A stretch of 64,000 nt of DNA, taken from positions 2,358,001 through 2,422,000 of the forward strand of contig CM075999.1 in NCBI GenBank assembly GCA_038087875.1, written 5' to 3'. A program made the position numbers and the translations under genes. The notes beneath the pieces are model-generated. The model was not told the DNA's origin. It did not search any database and saw nothing but the letters and a program-made list of their open reading frames with translations. The number at the start of each line of letters is the position of its first letter. The first letter of the stretch is position 1. This DNA comes from Malacoraja senta (Eukaryota). This document shows positions 50,495 through 64,000 of this stretch, one piece after another.

Positions 50495-50788
50495 TTATGA
50501 AAGAACTGCAGATGCTGGAAAAATCGAAGGTAGACAAAAATGCTGGAGAAACTCGGCGGGTGAGGCAGCCTCTATGGAGCGAAGGAATAGGCGTTTCGGG
50601 TCGAGACCCACCTTCAGACTCTTCCCTTCTGTTAATTAAGAGGACAGTTAGACCGGTCGGAGAACTGGGAAGGGGGAGGGGGATGGAGAGAAAGGGAACG
50701 CAAGGGCTACTTGAAGTTAGAGAAGTCGAGATTCATACCGCTGGGGGTGTAAGCTGCCCAAGCGAAATATGAAGTGCTGTTCCTCCAT
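50495..50788 (-). mobile_element. Penelope-like element 3' fragment
   Basis: Minus strand EEQHFIFRLGSLHP / SGMNLDFSNFK* followed by the same pLTR-type sequence. Confidence 0.75.
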
Positions 50789-52077
50789 TATTTAGATGTT
50801 GCTCCATTCTGGTTGAATATCAAACTTTTCCCAAATCATTTGGCCTCCCCGTTCCATTTGCAAGCTTGGGGAGTGTTGCCGGAGTTCCTCTTCCCGGCAA
50901 GAGGGCCTGAAAACACTGGACTGGCTGCGGAGGTCACAAATAGGCCCCGACCTCAGGTGATCACAGAGGAAGCAGACTGAAACTTTTTGATGCCTTTCCC
51001 CACAGTGGAAAATTTTGATTCTGTTGCGGGGTGGGGGGGGGGGGGGGGGGGGGGACGTTCTTGTTGAATTCTATAATGTGTTGTTATTTTTCTTTAAAAA
51101 AAAAAATTCTATGGATGTATGGAAACTTAATTATTTATTTTATGTAAAGTTGATTTAAACGTGCTATATAAATACAATTTACTTACTTACTTACTTACTA
51201 ATCTTAAACCTCATAAATCCCCAAATCACAGCAAATTATTTAAAGTCTTGAAACATTATTTGGAGTAGGTAGACAAAAATGCTGGAGAAACTCAGCGGGT
51301 GAGGCAGCATCTATGGAGAGAATGCTGCCTCACCCGCTGAGTTTCTCCAGCATTTTTGTGTACCAGCATTTACAGTCGTATCTATCTCCCAGAGTCTCAT
51401 TGTCTGGGTTTGTTGTGCTGGCCACAACAGTCTAATCAACATTTGGGTTTTCTTATCTCAGCCGCCTTCACTCTGAGTGTAATGTAAATAGTTTTAATCC
51501 TTATTTTGACAGCACTAGATTAAACTGCACTGAAGCTCATCCAGTTATAGGCTGTGAGGCTAATCATAGCTTCTTGCAATCATATTATCTGAGGAATGTG
51601 TTTTGGACATGGGCCCTTCCATTCTCTCACCTAGTTGTCATGAAACCTCCTGAGACTGTGATAGTGAATGTCCTTGGTGACTTGGCCACCATCTGCTGGT
51701 GGCTTGGAGATCACTGGACATAGACACCTCACTCAGCAGGCCAGGATATAGAAACATAGAAACATGGAAAATAGGTGCAGGAGGAGGCCATTCGGCCCTT
51801 CGAGCCAGCACCGCCATTCATTGTGATCATGGCTGATCGTCCCCCAATCAATAACCCGTGCCTGCCTTCTCCCCATATCCCTTGACTTCACTAGCCCCTA
51901 GAGCTCTATCTAACTCTCTCTTAAATCCATCCAGTGACTTGGCCTCCACTGACCTCTGTGGCAGGGAATTCCACAAATTCACAACTCTCTGGGTGAAAAC
52001 GTTTTTTCTCGCCTCAGTCTTAAATGGCCTCCCCTTTATTCTAAGACTGTGGCCCCTGGTTCTGGACTCGCCCAACA

Positions 52078-53083
52078 GAATCACAGGGGCAACACAGTGA
52101 GGAGTCAGATATATGTGCCGCTGAAGAAGAAAGATGCTTTCTCAGTCAAACCACTTCTGTTATGTCTAGATGACATTAAATCCTGGATGGCCCTAAACAT
52201 TTTAAATTTTAATGAAAAGAAAACAGTAGTGATAGTGTTTGGTCCCAATGGCCCCCTGAACCTCCCCTGTTGACTTGGGTCCCTTGGCACTGTAAGTGAA
52301 GCCAACAGTTTTAAACTTGGGTTTTTAAGATGGACAGTGATTTTAAATTAGATCGTCAAATAGGCACGGTAGTTAAGTCCAGCTTCTTTCATCTAAGGGC
52401 AGCTGGCAAAGGTGAAGCCTTTCTTGAACGACAGCATTTTGAAACAGTAATCCATGCCTTCATCACGTCTCGGCTGGATTACTGCAACGCACTATATTTT
52501 GGAGATAGCCAATCATCCCTTGCACGTCTCCAGTTGGTTCAGAATGCTGCTGCTCGCCTTTTAACTGGAACACGTAAGAGGGAGCACATAACGCCTATTC
52601 TGGCCTCCCTCCCTCCACTGGCTGCCTGGGTACTTTAGAGTTCATTTTAAGATTCTTTTATTTGTTTTTAAATCTTTAAATGGTCTCGCCCCGCCTTACC
52701 GCTTCATCCCTACGCTCCTGCTCAGTGCCTCAGGTCAGCTGATCAGCTGCTCCTGGAGGTACCGAGGTCTAAGCGGAAGCTCAGAGGGGATAGAGCCTTC
52801 TCTGTTGCTGCTCCGACATTATGGAACACTCTACCTTTGCACATTAGACAGGCCCCTTCACTGTCCATTTTCAAAAACTAGTCTTAAAACCCTTTTCTAT
52901 TCCTTGGCTTTTGACCCTGCATGAGACTTTGCTCCTGTTTTAGTGTTTCTATTGTTTTTTTATTGTTTTTAATGTTTTTATTATTTTGTTTAATGTTTAT
53001 GATTAGTCATGTACGGCACTTTGTTGGAACAGCGGTTGTTTTTCAAGTGCTCTATAAATAAATTTCAGTTCAGTTCAGTTCAG
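52078..53083 (+). mobile_element. L2-clade LINE 3' fragment
   Basis: LLCLDDIKSWMALNILNFNEKKT; ETVIHAFITSRLDYCNAL; LQLVQNAAARLLTG..KREHITPILASL; GDRAFSVAAPTLWNTLP. 3' end reads CTCTATAAATAAA followed by (TTCAG)n. Confidence 0.88.
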
Positions 53084-54516
53084 GAGGCACGGTGGCGCAG
53101 CAGTAGAGTTGCTGCCTCACAGCGCCAGAGGCCCGTGGTTTCGATCCTGACTACGGGTGCTGCCCGTGCGGAGTTTGCACGTTCTCCCCGTGACCTGCGT
53201 GGGTTTTCCCCCGGTGCTCCGGTTTCCTCCCACAGTCCAAAGACGCGCAGGATTGTAGCTCGTGCAGGAAGGAACGGCAGATGATGGTTTAAACCCGAAG
53301 ATAGACACAAAAAGCTGCTGCAAGTAAGAATCTCATTGTCCTATCTGGGACAATAAAACACTCTTGACTCTTGAGTTTCTCAGTGGGTCAGGCAGCATCT
53401 CTGAACAAACAGAACAGCTGTGTCACTATGCCACCACTTTTATAGGACATTTGAGAGAGTTTTAGATGATATAGCAGGCTTTGGGCCAAATGCAGTCTGT
53501 GGCAGATAGAACATGTAAACTCCATACAGCCAGCACACACATTGTGGGCCGAAGGGCCTGTGCTAGTGCTACACTGTTCTATGTACTGTGTTCTATGTAT
53601 CTATGTTTTATTGATGTATGTTGGATGTATGTTGAGAAGTTAATAAGACAAACAAACCTCGTATATAACTCATAGAGTTTTCTGTTCTTCTGTTCTGGGT
53701 TCTGTGTTCTATGTTCCATGTTTCATGTTTTCATGTTCTATGTCCAGAACCAGGGGCCACACAGTTTAACAATAAGGAGTAAGCCATTTAGAACAGAGAC
53801 GAGGAAACACTTTTTCTCACAGAGAGTTGTGTGTCTGTGGAATTCTCTGCCTCAGAGGGCGGTGGAGGCCGGTTCTCTGGATACTTTCAAGAGAGAGCTA
53901 GATAGGGCTCTTAAAGATAGCGGAGTCAGGGGATATGGGGAGAAGGCAGGAACGGGGTACTGATTGGGGATGATCAGCCATGATCACATTGAATGGCGGT
54001 GCTGGCTCGAAGGGCTGAATGGCCTACTCCTGCACCTATTGTCTATTGTCTATTGTCTATGTTTCATGTTCTTTGTTATATGTTCCATGTTTTAATGTTA
54101 TATGTTCTATGTTCTATGTTCTATGTTCTATGTTCTATGGTGGGCACAGTGACAAGTTCATATCACAAAACAAGCCGTGTCCACCACTCTCAGACAGTGA
54201 GCTGGAAGGCTGAAAGTGGCAGATCGATAATTATTTGTATGCCAGCCAATTTGGACTATTTGCAAAAAGTATTGACAGAATCGCTAGGCAGATGGGATTG
54301 TTCCTTTTGCCCTGAACACAATGGTTCACTTGTCACCAGTGCCGCTGTGTACCACCAAACTCCAGCACCGGAATAATAATGAGGCATTCAGAAGCTGGCT
54401 CCAGGCAGCATCAAAACACAACCAGAGGCCCTCCAGGGGACTGGGACAGCAGTGAATCGCTTGTGACAGGAGGCTGTAAACGTCATTCACTTTCCTTGCA
54501 TGTCAAGGGAAGGGGA

Positions 54517-54805
54517 GGCACGGTGGCGCAGCGGTAGAGTTGCTGCCTCACAGCGCCAGGGACCCGGGTTCAATCCTGACTACGGGTGCGGTCTGTACGG
54601 AGTTTCTACGTTTTCCCTGTGGGTTTTCTCCGGGCGCTCCGGTTTCCTCCCACAACTCCAAAGACGCACAGGTTTGTGGGTTAATTGGCTTTGGTAAAAT
54701 TGTAAATTGGCCCTGGTGTGTATGATAGTGTTAGTGTGCGGGCCGATCGCTGGTCGGCACGGACTCGGTGGGCTGAATGGCCTGTTATCACGCTGTATCT
54801 CTAAA
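54517..54805 (+). mobile_element. HE1-type V-SINE
   Basis: Same organisation. Further plus copies at ~4978-5255, 6555-6760, 14455-14750, 16205-16475, 19278-19580, 24215-24445, 35905-36045, 36875-37160, 53085-53255, 58110-58245. Confidence 0.85.
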
Positions 54806-57800
54806 GTGTCAAGGCATGAAGCAGCTCTTTAGAACCTTGGTTAGGCCGCAAGTGGAGTATTGCGTGAGAGGATGTGAAAGCTTTGGAGAGCGGCGGAGGA
54901 GGTTTACCAGAATGAGGCCTGGATTACGGGGTGTTATCTACAGGGAGAGATTGGACAGACTTGGATTGTTTTCTCTGGACTGTCAGAGGTTGTGGGGAGA
55001 CCCTACGAAAATACATAACATTATGAGAGGCTTAGATAGGGTAGACAGTCAGAATCTTTTTCCCAAGATGGATAAATCAAAGACTAGAGGGCACAGCTTT
55101 CAGGTGAGGAGGGCAAAGTTGAAAGGAATTGTGTGAGGCGACATATTTACACAGAGTGTGGTGGGTGCCTGGAACCAGGGGTGGTGGTGGAGGCAGATAC
55201 GATCGTGGCGTTTAAAAGACTCTTGAATTGGCACGTGGGTACGAAGGGAATGGAGGGATATAGTTTACATTTAGTTTAGTTTAGTTTACTTTAGGGATAC
55301 AGCACGGAAACAGGCCCTTCGGCCCACCGAGTCTTAATTCTGTTTAATTGACCCAATGAATCATAAAGTAGAATTGTGTAGTCATCCTATTTAAGGCACC
55401 TTATTATTAACCATCTCCCAGCTGCAGAAAGATAATAGACTTTAGACTTTAGAGACACTGTGCGGAAACAGGCCCTTTGGGCCCACTGAGCCCGCTCCGA
55501 CCAGCGATCCCCCGTAAACTAACACTATCCTACACATTAGGGACAATTTACAATTTTGTACTGAAGCCAATTAATCTACAAATCTGCACGTCTTTGGAGC
55601 GGGGGAAGAAACCAGAGATCCCCGCACGCTAACACTACTCGACACACACTAGGGACAATTTTACATTTATACCAAGCCAATTAAACATGCCGACCTGTGC
55701 ACTTTTGGAGTGTGGGATGAAATCGAAGATCTTTGAGAAAACCCAAGCAGGTCACGAGCAGAACGTACAAACTCCGTACAGACAGCGCCCGTGGTCAGGA
55801 TGGAACCCGGGTCTCTGGCGCTGTAAGGCAGCAACTCTACCGCTGCGCCACCGTGCCGCACGATATTATGTGCAGGTAGATAGGAGACGGATTCTCTTGT
55901 GGCATTATGTTCAGCACAGACATTGTGGGCCGAAGGGCCTGTTCTTCTTCTGTACTGATTGGTGTTCTATATTCTACATTATAGTGTGGAAACAGGCCCA
56001 ACTTGCCCACACCGGCCAACTTGCCCCATCTACACTAGCCCCATATCCCTCCAAACCTGTCCTATCCATGTAACTGTCTAACTGTTTCTTAAACGTTGGG
56101 ATAGTCCCAGCCTCAACTACCTCCTCTGGCAGCTTGTTCCATACACCCACCACCCTTTGTGTGAAAAAGTTACCCCTCAGATTCCTATTAAATCTTTTTT
56201 TTCCCTTCACCTTAGACCTATGTGTCTCTGGTCCTTGATTCGCCTACTCTGGGCAAGAGACTCTGTGCATCTACCTGATCTATTCCTCTCATTACATTAT
56301 ACACCTCTATAAGATCACCCCTCATCCTCCTGCGCTCCAAGGAATAGAGTCCTAGCCTGCTCAACCTCTCCCGATAGCTCAGACCCTCGAGCAACATCCT
56401 CGTAAATCTTCTCTGTACCCTTTCCAGCTGGACATCATCTTTCCTATAACATGGTGCCCAGGAACTGAAAGAAGCAATGTCTGAAGAAGGGTCTTGACCC
56501 GAAACGTCACCCAATCCTTCTCTCCAGAGATGCTGCCTGTCCTGCTGAGTTACTCCAACATTTTTTTGTCTATCTTCGGTTTAAACCAGCACCTGCGGTT
56601 CCTTCCTACACAACAATGTTTGACTGGGAGGAAGCAAAGAATATATGTTGTGCTTAATGTAACAAAGATTGAGCAGTGGGTATTGCAACTGGTGACAAAA
56701 CCAAGCCCAAACATACAGTAGTCTCCACCATACCGTGTGAAACACAAAAAGTGCAAAATATCCTTAAATTCACAATTCCTTCTCCTGGGAAAAGCCATTG
56801 GAAGTAAATACAGACCTAAAAGCAAACAGAGTAAGCAAACCAATTACTTAAACCCTTGGAGACTTTATTTGTCATAGAGCCAAAGAGCTTACAAGCCCTT
56901 GGACCCACCTGGTTCAGTCTCGTTTGCCTGCATTTAGCCCACATCCTCTAAACCCATTCATATTCCTATCCAAATGTCTTTAGAAATTCCTGTTGCTTTT
57001 TGGGCAATATCATCGAGTCAAAGAGTCATACAGCATGGAAACAGGCCCTAAGGCCATGCCAACTGACATGCTCCATAAGATAGACACAAAATGGTGGAGT
57101 AACTAAGCGGGACCGGCAGCATCTCTGGAGAGAAGGAATGGGTGACGTTTCGAGTCAAGATCTTTCTTCAGACTCTCCATCTAACTAACCCCTTTGCCTG
57201 TATTTGGCCCAAATCCCTATAAACCCTCCCATTCTTATATCTATTCAATAGACAATAGACAATAGCAGCAGTAGGGCATTTGGCCCTTCGAGCCAGCACC
57301 TCTATTCAATGCGATCATGGCTGATCATCCACAATTAGTATCCCGTTCTTACATACCAATGTCTTTTGGAATTTATATTGCTCTTTGGGCAATATTGTAC
57401 AGAGGCATACAGCATGGAAACAGGTCATGCCGACCAAGATCTACGCCAGTCCCATCTGCCTGCATTTGACCCACATTTCAGATTCATTTTTTGTTTTTTG
57501 TTTAGAGATACAGCGCGGAAACAGGCCCTTCGGCCCACCGAGTCCGCGCCGACCAGCGATCCCCGCACATTAACACAGCCCTGCACACACTAGGGACGAT
57601 TTAACTTTTACACAAAACCAATTACCCTACAAATCTGTACGTCTTTGGAGTGTGGGAGGAAACCACCAGAGCACCCAGAGAAAACCCACGCAGGTCACGG
57701 GGGAGAACGTATGTACAAACTCCGTACAGACAGCACCCGTAGTCAGGATCGAACCCGGGACTCTGGCGCTGTGAGGCAGCAGCTCTACCGCTGCGCCATC

Positions 57801-59243
57801 GTGCCACCTAAACATTTCGTATCCGTGCATCTGTTTGAGTATCTGTGCCGTAAGCTTGTCCAAACTGAACAGAAACCCCGTGTCAATTCTTAATGAGCTT
57901 TGTGGCTCTGGGTAATGGAGTTGAACCAAGGAGGAAGGTATCGTTCTCAAGACACCTTTTTAATGACGCAGATTTCTCTGGCTCGAGTTCATTGTAAAAG
58001 GGCAATGTCTGCAAATGTCTCAGTGGTGAAGAAGCGATGATAAAATCTGTCACACCGTCTGTCTGTCAGGTTTGGCACCGGTGGTGTTTGCCGGGCAACC
58101 ACGGGTGGCGCCACGGTGGCGCAGCGGTAGAGTTGCTGCCTCACAGCGCCAGGGTCCCGGGTTCGATCCTGACTACGGGTGCTGTCTGTACCGAGTTTGT
58201 ACCTTCTCCCTGTAACAAGATGGTTTCCTCCCACACTCCAAAGACGTCTGAAGAAGGGATTCGGCCCAAAACGTTGCCTATTTCTTTTTTTTTTTTTTTT
58301 TTTAAATAAAAGGGAAGGATAAGATTGAAAGAAAGAAGAAAGTGAAGGAAAAAGTGAAAGTGTAGAAAGTGTGACAACAAGACAGAACGAAGACCCTATA
58401 AGAACAAAATTAAAAAACAAAAGAAAAAGAGTTAAGAAATAGTAAACGTTGCCTATTTCTTTCGCTCCATAGATGCTGCCTCACCCGCTGAGTTTCTCCA
58501 GCATTTTTGTCTACCTCCAAAGACGTGCATTTTTGTCGGTTAATGGCGGACCGAAAATCTAATGTCTAAAGTAAACTGTGGAGAGCTTAGTTTAGTTTAG
58601 TTTGGAGATACAGCGTGGAAACAGGCCCTTCGGCCCACCGAGTCCATGCCGACCCAGCGATCCCCGCACACCAGTTCTACCCTCCACATTATGGACAATG
58701 TACAGAAGCCAATGAAATTCTTATTTGCAGAAGCACGAGAGGTTTGTAAACACAGTATTCAATAAATAATGCAATAAACAAACAAAAACAGCTCATTATG
58801 GATTAAAAAAAGTGAATAAAGTGCAAAAGAAAAGAAAGCCCAAAGTCCCTCGTGCAGCTCAGGCAGATTCTGTTCGGTTCAGTTCAACCCAGGCAGATTC
58901 TAGTTCAGGGATTAGTTGCTGTTTATAATGTTGAATAGCCTGATGGCTGTTGGGAAGAAGCTGTTCCTGAACCTGGACGTTACAGTTTTCAGACTCCTGT
59001 ACTTTCTTCCTGATGGCACGAGTGAAATGAAGGTTAATAAGGTCATAAGTGATAGGAGCAGAATTAGGCCATTCGGCCCATCAAGTCTATTCCACCATTC
59101 AATCATGGCTGACCTATCTCTCCCTCCTAACCCCACTCTTCTGCCTTCTCTCCATAACCCCTGACACCCGTACTAACCAGGAAAGCGTGGCCAGGGTGGT
59201 GTGGGTCATCGATGATGCTGGCTGGCTTTCTGATGCTGGCTGG

Positions 59244-59640
59244 CTTCTTCTTCTTGCGAATTAAATATAAATAATCCAAAGCAATAGTTAGATCTCAAGC
59301 TGGTTTTGAGCAGCCAGGTTGTTGTCTCTCCGTCAATGTCTGCCAGGCCCTGACAGAGCTCCATTTGGTGGGTGGTAGAGCGGGCACCCAGAGATGACAT
59401 GGTTGGCTGTCTGTTGTTCTGCTCCGCATTCACAGGCTGGACTCTGTCGTAGCCCCCATCTCCACATGCTGGCATTGAAACGCCCAACTCCAGTACCAAG
59501 TCTGTGGAGCTTCACCCATGCTCCTCTGGGGAGGTCAGACCCTGGACAGCTTTTATCTGGTGAGGCGGTATGTCCTGTAGATCGTGGGACTCCTTCATTA
59601 GTGGGGAGGTCAGCAGAATGGACCAGGCAGTATCCACAAC
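59244..59640 (-). mobile_element. 5'-truncated Vingi/Ingi-like LINE 3' end
   Basis: Translates to PGSDLPRGAWVKLHRLGTGVGRFNASMWRWGLRQSPACECGAEQQTANHVISGCPLYHPP, a CCHC knuckle typical of I/Ingi/Vingi ORF C-termini, then GLADIDGETTTWL in another frame. Ends in CGCAAGAAGAAGAAG. Confidence 0.72.
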
Positions 59641-60297
59641 TTTGACCCATATCCCTCCAAACCTTTTTCTATCCATGCATCTGCTCAAATGTCCTTGGTT
59701 ATTCTACCTGCCTCAACAACATCCATTTGGCAGCTCGGCCCTTATACCTACATCGTCTGTGCAGGAACAGTGCCTCTCAGGATGCGATTAGATCTGTCCC
59801 CTCTCACCCGAAAGTCCCAAGCAGCTTAAATTGTTTACCACCCCTTTCATGTTCCAAGTCGCACACATCTTGATATGGAAATATAATCACAGTCACCTTC
59901 TTCATCATAGAGTCACATAGTCATTCAGCATGGAAACAGGCCCTTCGGCCCAACTTGGCCATGCGTCAGTTTTCTCCAGAGATCACTAGTACACTGGAGT
60001 CATAGCCTCATGGAATCATTCAGTCTTACAGTGTGGAAACAGGCTCTTCGGCCCAACTTGCCCACACCGACCAACATGTCCCATCTACACTAGTCCCACC
60101 TGCCTGCATTTGCCCATATCCCTCTAAACCTGTCCTATCCATGTACCTGTCTAAATTTTTCTTAAACATGGCAATAGTCCCAGCCTCAACTACCTCCTCT
60201 GGCAGCTCGTTCCATACACCCACCACCCTTGGTGCGGAAAGTTATTCCTCAGATTCTTGTAAAAAAAATTCCTCTCTGGTTCATCGATTAGTTTAAA

Positions 60298-60630
60298 TTT
60301 AGTTTAGTTCAGTTCAGTTTAGTTCAGTTTAATTTAGAGATACAGCGCGGAAACAGGTCCTTCGGCCCACCGAATCCGCGACGACCAGTGATCCCCTCAC
60401 ACTAACGCCATCCTACACACACTAAGGACAATTTACATTATACCAAGCCAATTATCCTACAAACCTGTACGTCTTTGGAGTGTGGGAGGAAACCGAAGAT
60501 CTCAGAGAAAATCCACGCAGGTCACGGGGAGAACGTACAAACTCCGTACAGACAGCACCCGTAGTCGGGATCGAATCCGGGTCTCTGGCGCTGTGAGGCA
60601 GCAACTCTACCCCTGCGCTACCGTGCCGCC
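60298..60630 (-). mobile_element. HE1-type V-SINE, full length
   Basis: (TTTAG/TTCAG)n tail through to head GGCGGCACGGTAGCGCAGGGGTAGAG on the minus strand. Confidence 0.88.
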
Positions 60631-61151
60631 CAGCAACCCCTGCCCAAAGTCACCATGGGGAAAGCTTAACTGCTACGATTCACCACGAATAGACACAAAA
60701 AGCTGGAGTAACTCAGCGGGACAGGCAGCATCTCTGCAGAGAAGGAATGGCTGATGTTTCGGGCCGAGATGTCACCCATTCCTTCTCGCCAGGGATGCTG
60801 CCTGTCCCGCTGAGTTACTCCAGCTTTTTGTGTCTATCTTTGGTTGAAACCAGCATCTGCAGTTCCTTCCTGCACATGATTCACCACTATCTCCTCAACA
60901 ACTAAACGGGGATGGGCGAAAAGGACACTCCTTGCTGGTGAGGCACATATTTCTTAACTGACTAAAATGCACTGGTGCAAAGATGTGTCTCTCGAGAGTC
61001 GTCACTGTTATATTACATGAGGAAATGCAACAAACCATCCAGTCAAGGTCTCACAACTAACAATGACATCATTTATAGAGCCTCGGCTCATATTGGTTAA
61101 GGGAAATTGCAAAGAGAACTTCCTGTTCTGTGACCAATGCACCAGGAATTT

Positions 61152-61716
<565 letters not shown>

Positions 61717-63209
61717 GGTACGGAAAACAACCTGGGGCCTTAGTTTAGTTTCGTTTAGAGATACAGCGCGGAAACAAGCCCTTCGGCCCACCGTGTCCGC
61801 ACCGACCATCAATCCCCACACACTAACACTATCCTACACACACTAGAGACAATTTTACAATAACACCAAGCCGATTAACCTACCAGCTAGTGTGGGGGGA
61901 AACGGAAGATCTCTGAGAAAACCCACGCAGGTCACGGGGAGAACGTACAAACTCCGTACAGACAGCACCCGTAGTCATGATTGATCCTAAGTCTCTGGCG
62001 CTGTGAGGCAGCAACTCTACCGCTGCGCCACCGGCCTTTGTTTACCATCTCAGCTTAAAGACGCTGCCTCCTACAGTGCACCCCTCTTACAACAGTTACA
62101 ATATACGGCACTTGGTTTGTCTCATGTACAGTGAAATTCATTTTTGTTTTCAGTTCTAAGTTCATGAGTGATAGCAGCAGAATTAGGCCATTCGGCCCAT
62201 CACATCTACGCCATTCAATCATGGCTGATCTATCTCTCCCTCTCAACCCCATTCTCCTGCTTTCTCCGCATAGCGCCTGATACCCTGAGTTTAGTACAAG
62301 TATCACTATGCATACGCACTTAGATTCATGTAATATCACTCCCTCCAGAATAGGAACAATTTTACAGAGGGCCAATTAACCTACAAGCCCGCATGTCTTT
62401 GTGTTGTGGGAGGAAACCGGAGCACCCGGAGGAAACCCACGTGGTCAATAGACAATAGACAATAGGTGCAGGAGTAGGCCATTCGAGCCAGCACCGCCAT
62501 TCAACGTGATCATGGCTGATCATCCCCAATCAGTACCCTGTTCCTGCCTTCTCCCCATATCCCCTGACTCTGCTATTTTAAGAGCCCTATCTAGCTCTCA
62601 CTTGAAAGCATCCAGAGGGACCTGCCTCCACCGCCCTCTGAGGCAGAGAATGCCACAGACTCACAACTCTCTGTGAGAAAAAGTGTTTCCTCGTCACCGT
62701 TCTAAATGGCTTACTCCTTATTCTTAATCGGTCACAGGGAAAACGCACACATTTCACACAGTCAGGATCGAACCCGGGTCTCAGCCTTAATATTACCAAT
62801 AACAATATTTTAAAAGACAGTAGGGCAGGTACATGGTGGCTTCGGGTCCAATGTGAGAAAATGGGACCAGCTTAGACGGTCGGTGTGGATGAGTTGGGCT
62901 GAAGGGCCTGTTTCTGTTCTGTATGACTGTATCTCTATAAATGTTAACTTCCTCCAATATATTTGTAACCTCTTAAAGTATCTTTCATTTTTATGTATCG
63001 TTGAGTCATTTGGGTTATTAAAGAAAGATTTATATATTGGTAAGTTTAATTTTCCCTCAGCAGACAACCTAATTGCTGTTATTTCCTGATTATTTTTTTT
63101 TACAAAGAATAGGCAATGAATATAAATCCTGAATTATTCCTGAGTTGTGATTGTGTGATTGAAGGAGACGTCCTCCTGAATGTCTAATCATCTGGAACCA
63201 TAACATGAT

Positions 63210-63520
63210 TCTACTTTCCTTGTAACCCTTGTATCCCCTCTCTCCGTCCCTCCCCCACCCAAGTCGTTGTACCAGTTTCAAAGCCATCCTGTTGAGTCTC
63301 ATTGTCTGTAACTTGTTTTCACCCAGTCCCGCCTGTTTCCTTTACCATTGTCACTTTTCTGCATAACTTTCATTCATTTCTTCCATATCTCTCTACATCA
63401 CCGTCTATATCTCTCGTTTCCCTCTCCCCTGACTCCCAGCCTGACGAAGGGTCTCGACCTGAAACGTCACCTATTTCTTTTCTCCAGAGATGCTGCCTGT
63501 CCCGCTGAGTTACTCCGGCT
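63210..63520 (+). mobile_element. Penelope-like 3' UTR/pLTR fragment
   Basis: Similar to 28815-29110; contains CTGACGAAGGGTCTCGACCTGAAACGTC. Confidence 0.7.
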
Positions 63521-64000
63521 TTCAAGAGGCAGGAGTGTTTTATTGCCATGTTTACCAGATAGAACAATGAAATTCTTACTTGCAGCAGCAGCACAACAGA
63601 ATATGTAAATACTGTAAACAATATGTTCAGTGTGTGTATATGTACACATACTCACACACATAGACGCATGTAGATTTTCACGTTCACAAATAATAGTAGA
63701 AATAGGCCATTCAGCCCATTGAGTCCACTCCGCTATTCAATCATGGCTGATCTCTGCCTCCTAATCCCATTTTCCTGCCTTCTCCCCATAACCCTTGACA
63801 CCCGTTCTAGTCAAGAATTTGTCTCTCTCTGCCTTAAAAATATCCACTGACTTGGCCTCCACAGCCCTCTGTGGCAATGAGTTCCACAGATTAACTACTA
63901 AAGAAGTAGTTCTGACTAAAGAAGTTCCTCCTCACCTCCTTTCTAAAAGAGCGCCCTATAATTCTGAGGCTGTGACCTCTGGTCCTAGACTCTCCCACCA

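Overview
Eukaryotic, repeat-dense vertebrate genomic DNA. The repeat content (HE1-type V-SINEs, HER1/CR1 LINE tails, Penelope-like and Rex1 remnants) points to a cartilaginous fish, probably a skate or ray. The only recognisable host coding sequence is the terminal exon of PACRG (+, 9173-9331), which has an apparent 1-bp frameshift. A CpG-island promoter (~21800-22257) runs into a 200-N assembly gap; vertebrate PACRG-QKI synteny suggests it is the QKI promoter, but no QKI exon is visible. The rest is intronic or intergenic: about 30 SINE copies, CR1/Rex1/L2/Crack/Vingi LINE fragments, Penelope-like remnants, hAT and Harbinger-like MITEs, and simple repeats. Main observation: a ~135-143 bp TSD-flanked retroposon (two copies, 19680-19814 and 38137-38279, minus strand) whose first ~55 nt fold into a minimal, P4-less HDV-like self-cleaving ribozyme starting at the element's first base. 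Its 3' tail matches a Vingi-like LINE remnant in the same window. Second observation: many Penelope-derived palindromes are centred on a minimal hammerhead-ribozyme motif. All folds were read by eye and none is shown to be active. Repeat boundaries are approximate unless a TSD is given.
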